From a bacterium (GTDB lineage Bacteria; Ratteibacteria; UBA8468; B48-G9; DSTR01): a stretch of DNA of 64,000 nt. Positions 9,760 through 19,066 of the stretch are shown piece by piece. The notes beneath the pieces are model-generated. The model saw nothing but the letters and a program-made list of their open reading frames with translations. It did no database searches and was not told the origin of the DNA. Position 1 is the first letter of the stretch. The number at the start of each line of letters is the position of its first letter. The translations under genes and the position numbers were made by a program. The DNA lies in NCBI GenBank assembly GCA_029551285.1, contig JAKPFT010000018.1, forward strand, positions 6,584-70,583. Direction: 5' to 3'.

Positions 9760-12700
9760 TTACTCTTTCCCCACAAAGAAATCAGAAAAGAAGGTTACCG
9801 GACTGCTACCCGTGGGACGGAAGTGGGCTGAGACGACATTATCCAGATGCGGTTTCTCTCCCTTATGGCCATTGCCTAAAAGAACGAACTGAGGGGCCCC
9901 AGCGTATCTGGCTCCTCTTTTGACTTCAGCGTCTAACTTCCACTCTTTTCCGTCAGAGGAACTGTAGAACCTGATGTTCTCTGGTGTCAGACCAATCTTG
10001 ACCCAGTTAGCCGTAAAAGGATACCAGCCAAAAACCGGCTCCGTGCTGATAGGTGAGCCATAACGAATACCCGTACTGGAGCCTGAATAGATAAACTTCC
10101 TGGCGTTAACACCAGGGGTTGCCTGGACATATTCGCCGTTGGGCCAGACCAGGAAAAGGCTACCGCCAGAAGTGTCCATACCACCGCTGGGAGACCGCAG
10201 AATCAAGCACTGGACCGAGATGTTGTCCTGGCTGAGTGGCCGCCGGATATGGCTGTAGCCGTAATGGGCTCCCTGGATGCAGAGCCGGCCGTCAATGAAA
10301 GAAACACTGGCATGGCCTTCGTGCAGGTCCTTCTCCCAGACTGGAGAAAGTTCTGGACCGGTAAAGGGCTCAGAAAATTCAGACAAAGGCTCCCTGGGTC
10401 TGAGAGCCGGAGCTGACAGGTCTGCCTTTCTGGGAAGATATGCCCCAGTTTTACCCGCCAGCACCAGACAGAGATTTCGCGGCGGCACCGTGACGGTAAA
10501 ACCTGTTTTAGTCGCGCCGGCCTTTAACGGTAATATCTCGGCTGTTTCCGGATTGAAACAGGTGAGTGTGGCGGGATTAAGTCCCATGGCCTTCCAGTCA
10601 GGTTCAAGGGTAACCGTCCGGGCGTTATGCTCAGTATTTCCTAAAACAAACAGAACGCCGTCCGGTTTCCGATAGTAACTGACCAGGACTTCCGGCGGGT
10701 TTCCCTTCAGGGTCTTACCTGACTCCCAGTAGCCGGTAAAGGTAGTCTCTTTTTCCCACGGCCGGAAAATGTTTCTGGCGCCGCGTAACCGGCAGACAAT
10801 CCGGCTATCACGGTGGCCGAACGAGCCTACATCCTGGTCGTTCAGGAAGACTAACATCATCATGTTTCTGGTATCTCTGGCGAATAATTCTGCTTCCCAC
10901 TGGGGAGAAGACATGCCAATCATGCCCGGCTGGCCGAACTGCCGGCCGGGGTTGTACGCCACGAAGCGGTCCACTGACCCGTAAAAACCAAGGTTATCCC
11001 TGTCTTTGAAAGGATTGTAATAACCGTGTTCGCAGGGTGCCCACAATCCGATAAAGTTGTAGGCCACCATGTAATGGGCATGAGCATGCTGGCTGTCCCG
11101 GAGGAAGTTGGGTCGGTTGTGGAGAAAGTTAACATAGGCAGCCCTTTTCCACCTTTCCCGGTAAACCCACAGTCCAGAAGAGAAAACCTTGCGACCATCT
11201 TCCCGGATGAAGCCTAAGTCTAACTCCTCGTCGAAAACCGGCTTGGGATAACCGGTATCGTCGTAAAATCCGGACAGGGGTGTGTATTTAAGCATTTCGT
11301 CGTAGGCGTAGGTGATAAAGTCTACATAACTGGGCACACACTTCACATAAGAGATAATGTAGAGGTCCTTGTTGTCCCCGTAAAACTTGTTCTGCCATTC
11401 CCATTCCCTGACCGCCTTGTTAGCATCCCAGGTGTAGCGGTCAATCCCCCATTCTCCGCGGAAAACCCGCGCCTCCGGTCTCCCTTTAGGTACGGTGCCC
11501 CAGTAATGATAACCAACGACGGCCTTATTGCCGTCAGCGATAACTTTTTCCAGTCTTTCCCGAGACTGCTTTCTTAACTCCGGGGTATCTCCAGGATGGA
11601 TGATGTGGGTTCCGCCACCGCCGCTGTTGCCGCTGCCGCCAACCTGGATGATGGTCAACGGTGCATCCTGGGGGTTTCCGCCGTCCTGAATACCGCGGTA
11701 GCCTTCAATCATGGGTTTGGTCGGACCTGCCTGAAAGGCAAATTCCAGTTCTCTGCTCTGTTTCAGGGTGTACTCTTTGTCCACCAGATTGAGATAGAGC
11801 ACTACCTGCTCACCTTCCCGGTAGGCTTCCACGGCCGGCGCCTCGTCGCGGATAAGCCAGCCCTTGTCACAGTCAGCCGCATAACAGAAAGAGGTATCAT
11901 AGTCAGCGACCCAGAAAAGAGTGGCAAAGGTTGGCGAACAGCACACGGCCCTGGTATCCCTAAAACTATCGTAGACTATGCCCTGTTTCTCCGGCAAAAG
12001 TGCGCCCTGAATGCAGACACCCTGGGTATCGCCGGCCGCAGAATAAAATTTGGTGTAGCGGCTATCCAGCGGAATTCTAACTCTCATTCTTTTCAGAGTG
12101 ACCTGGTCTTTTTCCGGACCGTATTTCACCCGGAAAAGGACAAAGCCGTCATATTCTGTAGTACTTTCAACCTCCACCTTCAGGTTGCCGCCGCTAACAG
12201 CCGCATAACCGGTCACCGCTGCCTCGCTGGTGCGGGTGAAGGAAAATGGGCTCGCTATCTTCCAGTTTATTTCCCCATCTGAAGTTTCTCCCTGAAGACT
12301 TACCGGCGCTTTCAGGTAATTCTTCCCCTGGGTGACGAAACTTTCTGGAAGACCGTTGGGCTGGAAGGTATAACGGCGTCCCCAGGGTTGAACACTGCGG
12401 TCGGTTATCTTCAGCGGAGTGTAAGGGGCAGGAACTTTCTCCCCGACACCTCTGGGATTGACCATCCAGTCAAAGATTCTCTTTTCAAACCAGTCCTCGT
12501 GTCGGGCAATCACCTGACCGCTTCTGCTGGCTACCGTAACCAGCACGGAATACTCTCCTTCCGGTAAGTTTTTGGTGCTCTGGCGCCAGACACCGTGGCA
12601 GTCGCTAAACTCTGTTAATTTGCCCTGGAGTACTGGTGTTTCCTTTTCTTTGCCTCTGGGCCAGACCTTGATTTCAGCGGAAATGCCGTCGCCCAAAAAG

Positions 12701-13830
12701 CCGGTTTTCTTTGCCCAGGCAGTATAGTCAACAATCACCGCCAGCCTTTCCCGGGAAGGCAGAAATCTGGGAAAAACATAAACCAGGGGTACTTCCCGGG
12801 CCGGCACAGGGATGAAACGGTCTACCGGGAAGTTTACCCGGCGTTCCATGGAAAAGAGTGGCTTTTGCTGATAGTCAGCTTCCAGCGTGACCAGGTTGAA
12901 CGGCAAAAGACGCTGGTTCTTACCCAGAAGAACTTCAACTACTTCCCCTGGTTTAACGGAAACTGACTGCGTCTGAGTTCCAACCACGACCGGATCAGCT
13001 CCTTTTGTTGCCTGTCCTTTAGCCGACAGAGAAAGAGAAACTTCCTGGGTTTTCTCCGTGGGGTTAGCCAGTTCCAGTTTCAGGTTTAACTGGGCATCAA
13101 TCAGATTTTGAGGGTTAACAATCCGGAAGGCTGGCGCCTGGCTGTCAAAAACGATGTCGCAGCCGACCCGGGCATCGTTAAGGCCACCGGAACCATTGAG
13201 AGCCGCCCAGTAATAGCCGGAGTAGGTTCTGTCTAAATTCATCCGCCACTTAGTGCCGTCGGCTGGAGGTACCGGTACCATGGAAGCAAAAGGAATTCTT
13301 ACCTCGCAGACCCAGCGGGTGCCGTCAACGCTGTTGGCAATTTCCGCGCCGCTTTCCCAGGAGTTATGATCCTCTGCGGAATTAGGGATGAACTTACAAT
13401 CCCACACGGTGCCGAGAGCGTTGATGGCAAAGTAGTACACCGGAAAGTCAAATCTTTCAATGTCCTTGCCGGAACCCGGGGCCAGCATGATTTCTACACA
13501 GTCATCGCCGATAATAGAAAGGTGGTCATGCATCACACAGGAAGCGACAATCGTATTGGTATTGGAGGCGATGGAGTCCATCGCCAGGTAAAGGTTTTCC
13601 TTATCCCGACAGACATAGAAAACAGGTTGTTCCATCCGCAGATTTCTGCTGCCAACCGTCTCCAGCAGGGTAAGAGCCGCCGCAAAATTCCACTCCCCTT
13701 CGCTTAGTTTGCCGTCAATCACCGGTGGTTTCTTACATGACGGAATGACGAAGAAGGGGTCGCTGGCTGAGAAAGCCACAGTCCCGCTAAGCATCAACCA
13801 CATTGCTGCAAGCAGCCATTGTCTCTTCAT
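9760..13830 (-). CDS. Large secreted CBM9-like + DUF6067-like putative glycoside hydrolase with C-terminal beta-sandwich domain
   Basis: Signal peptide, PVIDGKLSEGEW/DDCVEI/WVCEVRIPF (CBM9-like), EYDG, GPTKPM, GFYDD. 1356-aa ORF with GGAG SD. Confidence 0.75.
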   Translation of the reverse strand: MKRQWLLAAMWLMLSGTVAFSASDPFFVIPSCKKPPVIDGKLSEGEWNFAAALTLLETVGSRNLRMEQPVFYVCRDKENLYLAMDSIASNTNTIVASCVMHDHLSIIGDDCVEIMLAPGSGKDIERFDFPVYYFAINALGTVWDCKFIPNSAEDHNSWESGAEIANSVDGTRWVCEVRIPFASMVPVPPADGTKWRMNLDRTYSGYYWAALNGSGGLNDARVGCDIVFDSQAPAFRIVNPQNLIDAQLNLKLELANPTEKTQEVSLSLSAKGQATKGADPVVVGTQTQSVSVKPGEVVEVLLGKNQRLLPFNLVTLEADYQQKPLFSMERRVNFPVDRFIPVPAREVPLVYVFPRFLPSRERLAVIVDYTAWAKKTGFLGDGISAEIKVWPRGKEKETPVLQGKLTEFSDCHGVWRQSTKNLPEGEYSVLVTVASRSGQVIARHEDWFEKRIFDWMVNPRGVGEKVPAPYTPLKITDRSVQPWGRRYTFQPNGLPESFVTQGKNYLKAPVSLQGETSDGEINWKIASPFSFTRTSEAAVTGYAAVSGGNLKVEVESTTEYDGFVLFRVKYGPEKDQVTLKRMRVRIPLDSRYTKFYSAAGDTQGVCIQGALLPEKQGIVYDSFRDTRAVCCSPTFATLFWVADYDTSFCYAADCDKGWLIRDEAPAVEAYREGEQVVLYLNLVDKEYTLKQSRELEFAFQAGPTKPMIEGYRGIQDGGNPQDAPLTIIQVGGSGNSGGGGTHIIHPGDTPELRKQSRERLEKVIADGNKAVVGYHYWGTVPKGRPEARVFRGEWGIDRYTWDANKAVREWEWQNKFYGDNKDLYIISYVKCVPSYVDFITYAYDEMLKYTPLSGFYDDTGYPKPVFDEELDLGFIREDGRKVFSSGLWVYRERWKRAAYVNFLHNRPNFLRDSQHAHAHYMVAYNFIGLWAPCEHGYYNPFKDRDNLGFYGSVDRFVAYNPGRQFGQPGMIGMSSPQWEAELFARDTRNMMMLVFLNDQDVGSFGHRDSRIVCRLRGARNIFRPWEKETTFTGYWESGKTLKGNPPEVLVSYYRKPDGVLFVLGNTEHNARTVTLEPDWKAMGLNPATLTCFNPETAEILPLKAGATKTGFTVTVPPRNLCLVLAGKTGAYLPRKADLSAPALRPREPLSEFSEPFTGPELSPVWEKDLHEGHASVSFIDGRLCIQGAHYGYSHIRRPLSQDNISVQCLILRSPSGGMDTSGGSLFLVWPNGEYVQATPGVNARKFIYSGSSTGIRYGSPISTEPVFGWYPFTANWVKIGLTPENIRFYSSSDGKEWKLDAEVKRGARYAGAPQFVLLGNGHKGEKPHLDNVVSAHFRPTGSSPVTFFSDFFVGKE

Positions 13831-13845
13831 TTTTTTCTCCAGTTT

Positions 13846-16800
13846 TTAGTTTTCCCGGTAGACAAAAAATTCACTGACCAAAGCAGGATTAGCCGTTGAG
13901 TCCCAGCGCTCGTCGTTCTGGAAGACCTCACCGCTTCCCTCCATCCCCCGACCAATTACCAGCAAGGCCGGAGCCTTCTGGAAGGCTTCCGGTCGGTTCC
14001 CTTCCGCCTGCAGGTTCCAGGTGCGGCCGTCCAGTGAGGAGTAGTAACTAACCCTGTCCTGTTTCAGGGAAATTTTCAACCAGAAATCGTAAAGGTTGCT
14101 GTCGGTGACGGCCATGCTCCCCGGTCTTAGTTTTATTGTTTTCCGACCAAGGCCGCTAATTACCAGCTGGTCATTACCCCCGCTGAAACTGCAGTAGTTT
14201 CCCTTAGACCAGTAAAGTTTCAGACCAGGCTGCCAGGTAACATCGGCGCCGGTTGCTGGCACCTGAAACCGGGCCTGGACAGAAATATTTCTGTATTCTT
14301 CTCCCAGGGGTCTGGCCAGGTACTGGTACTTATAGTGTTTGCCTTCAAAAATCAGTTTGCCTTTTTCGGCTTTAAGTCCACCGGTTACCTGGGCCGGGGA
14401 ACAGAAAATCTGCCATCCGTTCTTGACCGGGTCAGTCTGGAAGTTATCGCTGAAAAGAACATCTCCAGCCGGGGCCAGTTGGCTGGTAAGTTCCTGGAGA
14501 GAACCAGGATTGTGGTCTACCCGCACCCGGCCAAAGTAGACCGGCACAGAATTGGGTCCCGGAGAAACATTCCGACCCTCTTCGGGCCAGGCCGATAGTG
14601 TTACCAGAACGATCTGGCCGGCCCAGGGTTGTAGGGAAACTTCCACAGGCTTCCACTCTTTAGTTCGGCTGAGCTTTTCCTGCCAGAGGAGCCGGCCGTT
14701 TACCTGCACCCCTACCCGAAGGTCAGGCAGATAGTCCGAACGTGACCTGTCAGCAGGTTCGTAAGCCAGGTCAAACTTCAACACCGGCTTTCCCTGGTTG
14801 TCCAGGGAGAGCCACTGCTCCGTATAACCCCGAAAACGGCCGGTACCGAGCGCCACGCAGGGATATTCTTTGTTACCGAGCTGGTAGTTCTTTCTTAAGA
14901 CAGTCCGGTTGTAGCACCAGTCGCGGTCAGGAATTCCGTTAGCGAGGGTTTGACCGGCCGCGGCAATAAAATCGCTGCGGATGCGGCCATCCTTCGGCTG
15001 AGGTTCTTTCCAGACCAGCACCAGCCCGCCAGGGACAGTGGTCTTTATCGTAACTTCCTGATTGGCTTCAGCGGCTTTGTGGATTTCTCCGGTACTGTCC
15101 ATAATTCTCAGGCATCCGTTGGGAAAAAGGAAGGTTAAGTTCGCCTGCTTTTCCCTGCCGTCGACTGTGCCCAGAGAAAGCACGCTCCAGCCAGGACTGT
15201 GGTGAAACTCAGTCAGCAGTACACCTTCGCTCAGGTTGGTGATTGTAAACGGTCCAGCCTGTTCCGTCTTTCCCGGGACTAAGTAGTAGGTTGATGCCGG
15301 ATTAAGGCCGATGGGCCGGCCGTTCCTTGAGGCAGGCCAGTCCTGAACATAGCCAGGCTCAGTCATCGGGCTGGCCGTTACGCCGGAAAGTCTTACCAGT
15401 CTTGGTCTAAAGGTTTTGCCGGTCACTTCCACATATCCATCACCATAAGGCAGTTTCCGGTACTGAAACCAGCGGCTGTTCTTACCCCGGTAATAGGCCA
15501 GAACATCTTTCTCCCATCGCTCCGGCAGGTCAGGAAAGAGTTCTTCTTCAGTAAACAACCGTGCTCTGGCCAGGGACCAATCATCCTTCAGGTTAACCTC
15601 CGGCAGAGCGCCCACCAGAGCGGCCTCGTCCGGTTCTATCCCTGCTTCTCTTGTCCAGGTATAACTGCCCCAGCAAGCAGTTCGAAGGGGATGGTTTAGT
15701 TTGCTCTTGATGGAAGGATAAGCCCGGGGTAGGGTAAAATGGCTGGCGCCTTCCCAGGTGTAAAAGGTGTAGGGCACTGTCCACTGGCTCTGACACTCAC
15801 TCATGATGGCCAGCTGCGGATGAGCCTGTCTCAACTCTTTCAACGCCGCAGCCTCACCATCGCGATAGAGAAAGCCATCCATAACCTTTTTCTCTTCAGG
15901 AAACATGTAGCCATGGTCAGCGCCAAGGATATCAAAGTAACAGCCGTCAGCCTTGTGGAAAGCGCAGTAATGGCCAAAGTTTCGCACCAGATAGTTTCGG
16001 ACGAGTTGACTGCCTGGATGGAGCACCCATAAACCTTCCATTTCGTCCATGGTTTTGTCTTTAGGCTGATAATATCCGGTGGCGACTGGCCGGAAATGGT
16101 CATAGAATTTTTCTGGAGGTCCGTCATAATCCGGGGTAAAAACGAAGCCTTCCGGTAGCCCCCAGTTTTTGTCCTTGATTTCCTGGTAGCGCCTGGCCAA
16201 TCCGGCTGGTGCATTAACTAATACCCACGGGTAATAGGCCATCCAGCGAAACCCGTATTTCTTGATGGCCGCGACCACCGGTCCTTTGGGCCAGCCTAAT
16301 CTGGTCATGTAGCGGTGGTCGCCAAAAGCCACAATGCCGTTGCCGTTCCAGTAGAAAAGCAAAAGTTTTTCCGGGTTAATTTTTTCGGCCAACTGCTGAT
16401 AGTAACGGTCGGCTTCCTCAGCCGGGGGTGAACCGTGAGCTCCGCCAGGTGCCCCCGTATGAACAGCGTGAATCTTTCTTACCCAGGGACAGTCGTTTTC
16501 CCAGAGGGGTTTAGCGCCGGTGGCTTTCTCAAAAGCCTTCCGGTAGTTTCGCACGGCTTCCAGCCAGGTGGGGTAAAGACCTATCCGCCAGACCACCGAT
16601 GATGTCTCCAGGTTATTCTTTTCTCTATAGTCTCTTTCCGTGGTCAAAAATAGCCCGTTCCTGTCCGGCTCATGACAGAGCGTCACATTGTTTCCGGCAA
16701 AAAACTCCTTTGACCAGAAGAAGAGACAACTTTTTTCACCTTCCACCACAGCCACCGGCGGCGCGTAAAGATTATTCGCCCAGCGCACGCTGGAATTGAC

Positions 16801-17328
16801 CACAGAGGGGTCCTCTTTGCTATACCTGGCGCCAGAGCCCAGAATGACCGAAACCGTTTTCAGGTTGGTGACCGGCAACCAGGCAGTGGCGGGCCGGGAG
16901 GCTATCTGCGTAACTCTGGTGACGGTTTTCACTAAAACTTCATCGCTGGCCGGGTCAACAGCCAAATGGTATTCTACCAGGTCCTCAGACTGGCCGTTAA
17001 CCAGCTGCTGGTAAGTCAAAATTCCCTGGTCTGGCCCGGTCTGCCGGAAAAGACAGCTGGACTCTGGCCCGGGTCTGAGCACCTTTTTTTTGCCTTCCAT
17101 CTTTTCCAGATGCTCCCAGGGATTTCCTTCAGAAAAGACCTCACCGGTAGTTCTATCCTTAAGGGAGACAATCACGCCCCCTTCAATTACCATCTCTAAC
17201 TTCTTAGTGGTCACTGTCAGCCGGGATCCTTCTCTACGAAAGGCAGGCTGAGAAAAGAGGCTTGCCGGAAGGAACGAGAGAAGAAAAAGGCTGCATTTTC
17301 CATAAAGCAGAAGATAGCGGGAACTCAA
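13846..17328 (-). CDS. Large secreted hypothetical protein, putative glycoside hydrolase (DGCYFD motif)
   Basis: 1160-aa ORF with AGGAGG SD and TTG start, signal peptide, ADGCYFDIL and IMSE motifs suggestive of a TIM-barrel GH. C-terminal domain is homologous to that of 9760..13830. Confidence 0.65.
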   Translation of the reverse strand: MSSRYLLLYGKCSLFLLSFLPASLFSQPAFRREGSRLTVTTKKLEMVIEGGVIVSLKDRTTGEVFSEGNPWEHLEKMEGKKKVLRPGPESSCLFRQTGPDQGILTYQQLVNGQSEDLVEYHLAVDPASDEVLVKTVTRVTQIASRPATAWLPVTNLKTVSVILGSGARYSKEDPSVVNSSVRWANNLYAPPVAVVEGEKSCLFFWSKEFFAGNNVTLCHEPDRNGLFLTTERDYREKNNLETSSVVWRIGLYPTWLEAVRNYRKAFEKATGAKPLWENDCPWVRKIHAVHTGAPGGAHGSPPAEEADRYYQQLAEKINPEKLLLFYWNGNGIVAFGDHRYMTRLGWPKGPVVAAIKKYGFRWMAYYPWVLVNAPAGLARRYQEIKDKNWGLPEGFVFTPDYDGPPEKFYDHFRPVATGYYQPKDKTMDEMEGLWVLHPGSQLVRNYLVRNFGHYCAFHKADGCYFDILGADHGYMFPEEKKVMDGFLYRDGEAAALKELRQAHPQLAIMSECQSQWTVPYTFYTWEGASHFTLPRAYPSIKSKLNHPLRTACWGSYTWTREAGIEPDEAALVGALPEVNLKDDWSLARARLFTEEELFPDLPERWEKDVLAYYRGKNSRWFQYRKLPYGDGYVEVTGKTFRPRLVRLSGVTASPMTEPGYVQDWPASRNGRPIGLNPASTYYLVPGKTEQAGPFTITNLSEGVLLTEFHHSPGWSVLSLGTVDGREKQANLTFLFPNGCLRIMDSTGEIHKAAEANQEVTIKTTVPGGLVLVWKEPQPKDGRIRSDFIAAAGQTLANGIPDRDWCYNRTVLRKNYQLGNKEYPCVALGTGRFRGYTEQWLSLDNQGKPVLKFDLAYEPADRSRSDYLPDLRVGVQVNGRLLWQEKLSRTKEWKPVEVSLQPWAGQIVLVTLSAWPEEGRNVSPGPNSVPVYFGRVRVDHNPGSLQELTSQLAPAGDVLFSDNFQTDPVKNGWQIFCSPAQVTGGLKAEKGKLIFEGKHYKYQYLARPLGEEYRNISVQARFQVPATGADVTWQPGLKLYWSKGNYCSFSGGNDQLVISGLGRKTIKLRPGSMAVTDSNLYDFWLKISLKQDRVSYYSSLDGRTWNLQAEGNRPEAFQKAPALLVIGRGMEGSGEVFQNDERWDSTANPALVSEFFVYREN

Positions 17329-17416
17329 GGGCCTCCTCTTTTGACTAAGATTTCAACATAAGACCCTTGGTGTGAACAAGGGACGATTGAAACAAGCAGA
17401 AAATCCTAAAACTTAA

Positions 17417-18121
17417 TCACTCGTAATACCAGGGATACTTACCGGAAACCGGCGCCGGCACATTCTCCTTTCTTACCCACTGGCAGTGACCGTCCAGAAA
17501 AAGGAAATTTACACCGTTGGAATGGCGGAACGACGGTCCGCCCATGTTGCCGCTGACCTCGTAGTTATAATAAATCCAGGGAGAAGACCAGTCATTAACC
17601 CCGGGAGTGTAATATTTGTCCATAATCAGATAAAGCGCATCCGGCTTTTTCACCCTGGCCATCTTCAGCCCCTGGTAGGTCCGGCCGGAAGATGGATAGT
17701 AGCCAACCTCAGTAGGGATTCTCATGTTGTAACCGTAGTGGCCATAGCAGCGGTCACTGCCGGTAGGTGGTCTGAGTTCACTGGGGCAGACAAAAATGTT
17801 ATGCTTCTTCAGTCCCCAGGAGAGTTGCCATGGCTTCGTCTTGATATATCCGCCCTCAACCAGGATGTCTGTCCAGTTGCGCATATTGCCTGGCCCGTAG
17901 TAGTAGCCGCGCGGCAAAACCAAATCATCCCAGTCGATGGCATACATCTGCACGATAGTGGCAAACTGTTTAAGATTGTTAAGACAGGAAGTCTGCCTGG
18001 CTTTTTCCCTGGCTTTGGAGAGAGCCGGAAGGAGCATCGCAGCCAGAATCGCAATAATCGCCACTACTACCAGAAGCTCAATCAGGGTAAAACCGGAAGA
18101 ACCACGAGAGACCTTTCTCAT
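17417..18121 (-). CDS. Prepilin-type N-terminal / H-X9-DG domain protein (DUF1559-like), copy A
   Basis: GGAGGTGG SD then [10 protein letters not shown]|[29 protein letters not shown] (exact H-X9-DG). The true start is 18121, not the ORF-track 18352. Confidence 0.9.
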   Translation of the reverse strand: MRKVSRGSSGFTLIELLVVVAIIAILAAMLLPALSKAREKARQTSCLNNLKQFATIVQMYAIDWDDLVLPRGYYYGPGNMRNWTDILVEGGYIKTKPWQLSWGLKKHNIFVCPSELRPPTGSDRCYGHYGYNMRIPTEVGYYPSSGRTYQGLKMARVKKPDALYLIMDKYYTPGVNDWSSPWIYYNYEVSGNMGGPSFRHSNGVNFLFLDGHCQWVRKENVPAPVSGKYPWYYE

Positions 18122-18134
18122 CTTCCACCTCCAG
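17993..18134 (-). repeat. 142-bp direct repeat copy 1 (RBS plus constant 5' part of pilin-like gene)
   Basis: Identical to 18753-18894 except one base (18032 vs 18792). Spacing is 760 bp. Confidence 0.95.
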
Positions 18135-18176
18135 TGTGACCTCTGTAAATCACGATAAAACCACCCTGACTTCCTC

Positions 18177-18881
18177 CTACTTCCAGTAAATTCCCCAGGG
18201 CAAGAGAGTTCTCCAGATACCCTCCACATAGTCATTCTTCCGCGGCGGCACCTGGCTGCGGGTCCAGTATTCACAATGGCCGTCAGCAAACATGATGTTG
18301 AGACCTTCACTGTGGCGATACCCTGGTCCGCCGTTAGGGTCGTTTTCATCATTGTTGTACACCTTGTAAGGGGCGTTAATGCGGGTCAGGGAAACATCCA
18401 TAATCAGAAAAGTTCTATCTGGCTTCTTAATCCTGCTGGTTTTCAGTCCGCTGTAGGTTGCACCGGTGTCTTCGCGCCAGCCGATAGCCGAACCAAGATT
18501 GTCATTGTATCCGTAATGTCCGAAGTACGCTGTAGAACCGGTTGGCTTTTTTCTTTCAGAGGGGCACCAGAATACTTTTTCACCCTGGTAAGGTTCCTTT
18601 TTTACAAAACCGGCATCCTTAAGCAGCCTGACCCATGGCCGATGGTTGCCTGGTCCATAGACACGGTAGGCTGGTAGCAAATAGTCATCGTAATCCTGGG
18701 AATACATTACCGCGTAGAGCCCCAGTTGTTTCAGATTCCCCAGACAGACTGCCTGCCTGGCTTTTTCCCTGGCTTTGGAGAGAGCCGGAAGAAGCATCGC
18801 AGCCAGAATCGCAATAATCGCCACTACTACCAGAAGCTCAATCAGGGTAAAACCGGAAGAACCACGAGAGACCTTTCTCAT
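18177..18881 (-). CDS. Prepilin-type N-terminal / H-X9-DG domain protein (DUF1559-like), copy B
   Basis: Same SD and N-terminus as copy [21 protein letters not shown]. The true start is 18881. Confidence 0.9.
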   Translation of the reverse strand: MRKVSRGSSGFTLIELLVVVAIIAILAAMLLPALSKAREKARQAVCLGNLKQLGLYAVMYSQDYDDYLLPAYRVYGPGNHRPWVRLLKDAGFVKKEPYQGEKVFWCPSERKKPTGSTAYFGHYGYNDNLGSAIGWREDTGATYSGLKTSRIKKPDRTFLIMDVSLTRINAPYKVYNNDENDPNGGPGYRHSEGLNIMFADGHCEYWTRSQVPPRKNDYVEGIWRTLLPWGIYWK

Positions 18882-18894
18882 CTTCCACCTCCAG
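18753..18894 (-). repeat. 142-bp direct repeat copy 2
   Basis: See 17993-18134. Confidence 0.95.
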
Positions 18895-18921
18895 CATGTA
18901 ATTTTCCATTTTCTACCAGCA

Positions 18922-18949
18922 ATTGTAACATACCTGAAAAATTTGTCAA
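18922..18949 (-). promoter_or_regulatory. sigma70-type promoter for the pilin-pair cluster
   Basis: Minus strand TTGACA, 16 nt, TG-T-TACAAT (extended -10), about 40 nt upstream of ATG 18881. Confidence 0.65.
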
Positions 18950-19066
18950 ATGAACGCCGGGGCTGTCTGAAATAATCTAAAGGCTGAGAGATTAGGAGAA
19001 AAGCAGAAATTCTGGAAGGGATGCCAGCTTCTGGAAAACAGCCCGAGGATAGTGGAAAAAGCAAAA

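Noticed and set aside
17417-18894. Diversity-generating retroelement acting on the pilin genes
   Set aside because: The repeat covers the constant 5' part with one mismatch. There is no adenine-specific TR/VR pair and no reverse transcriptase in the window.
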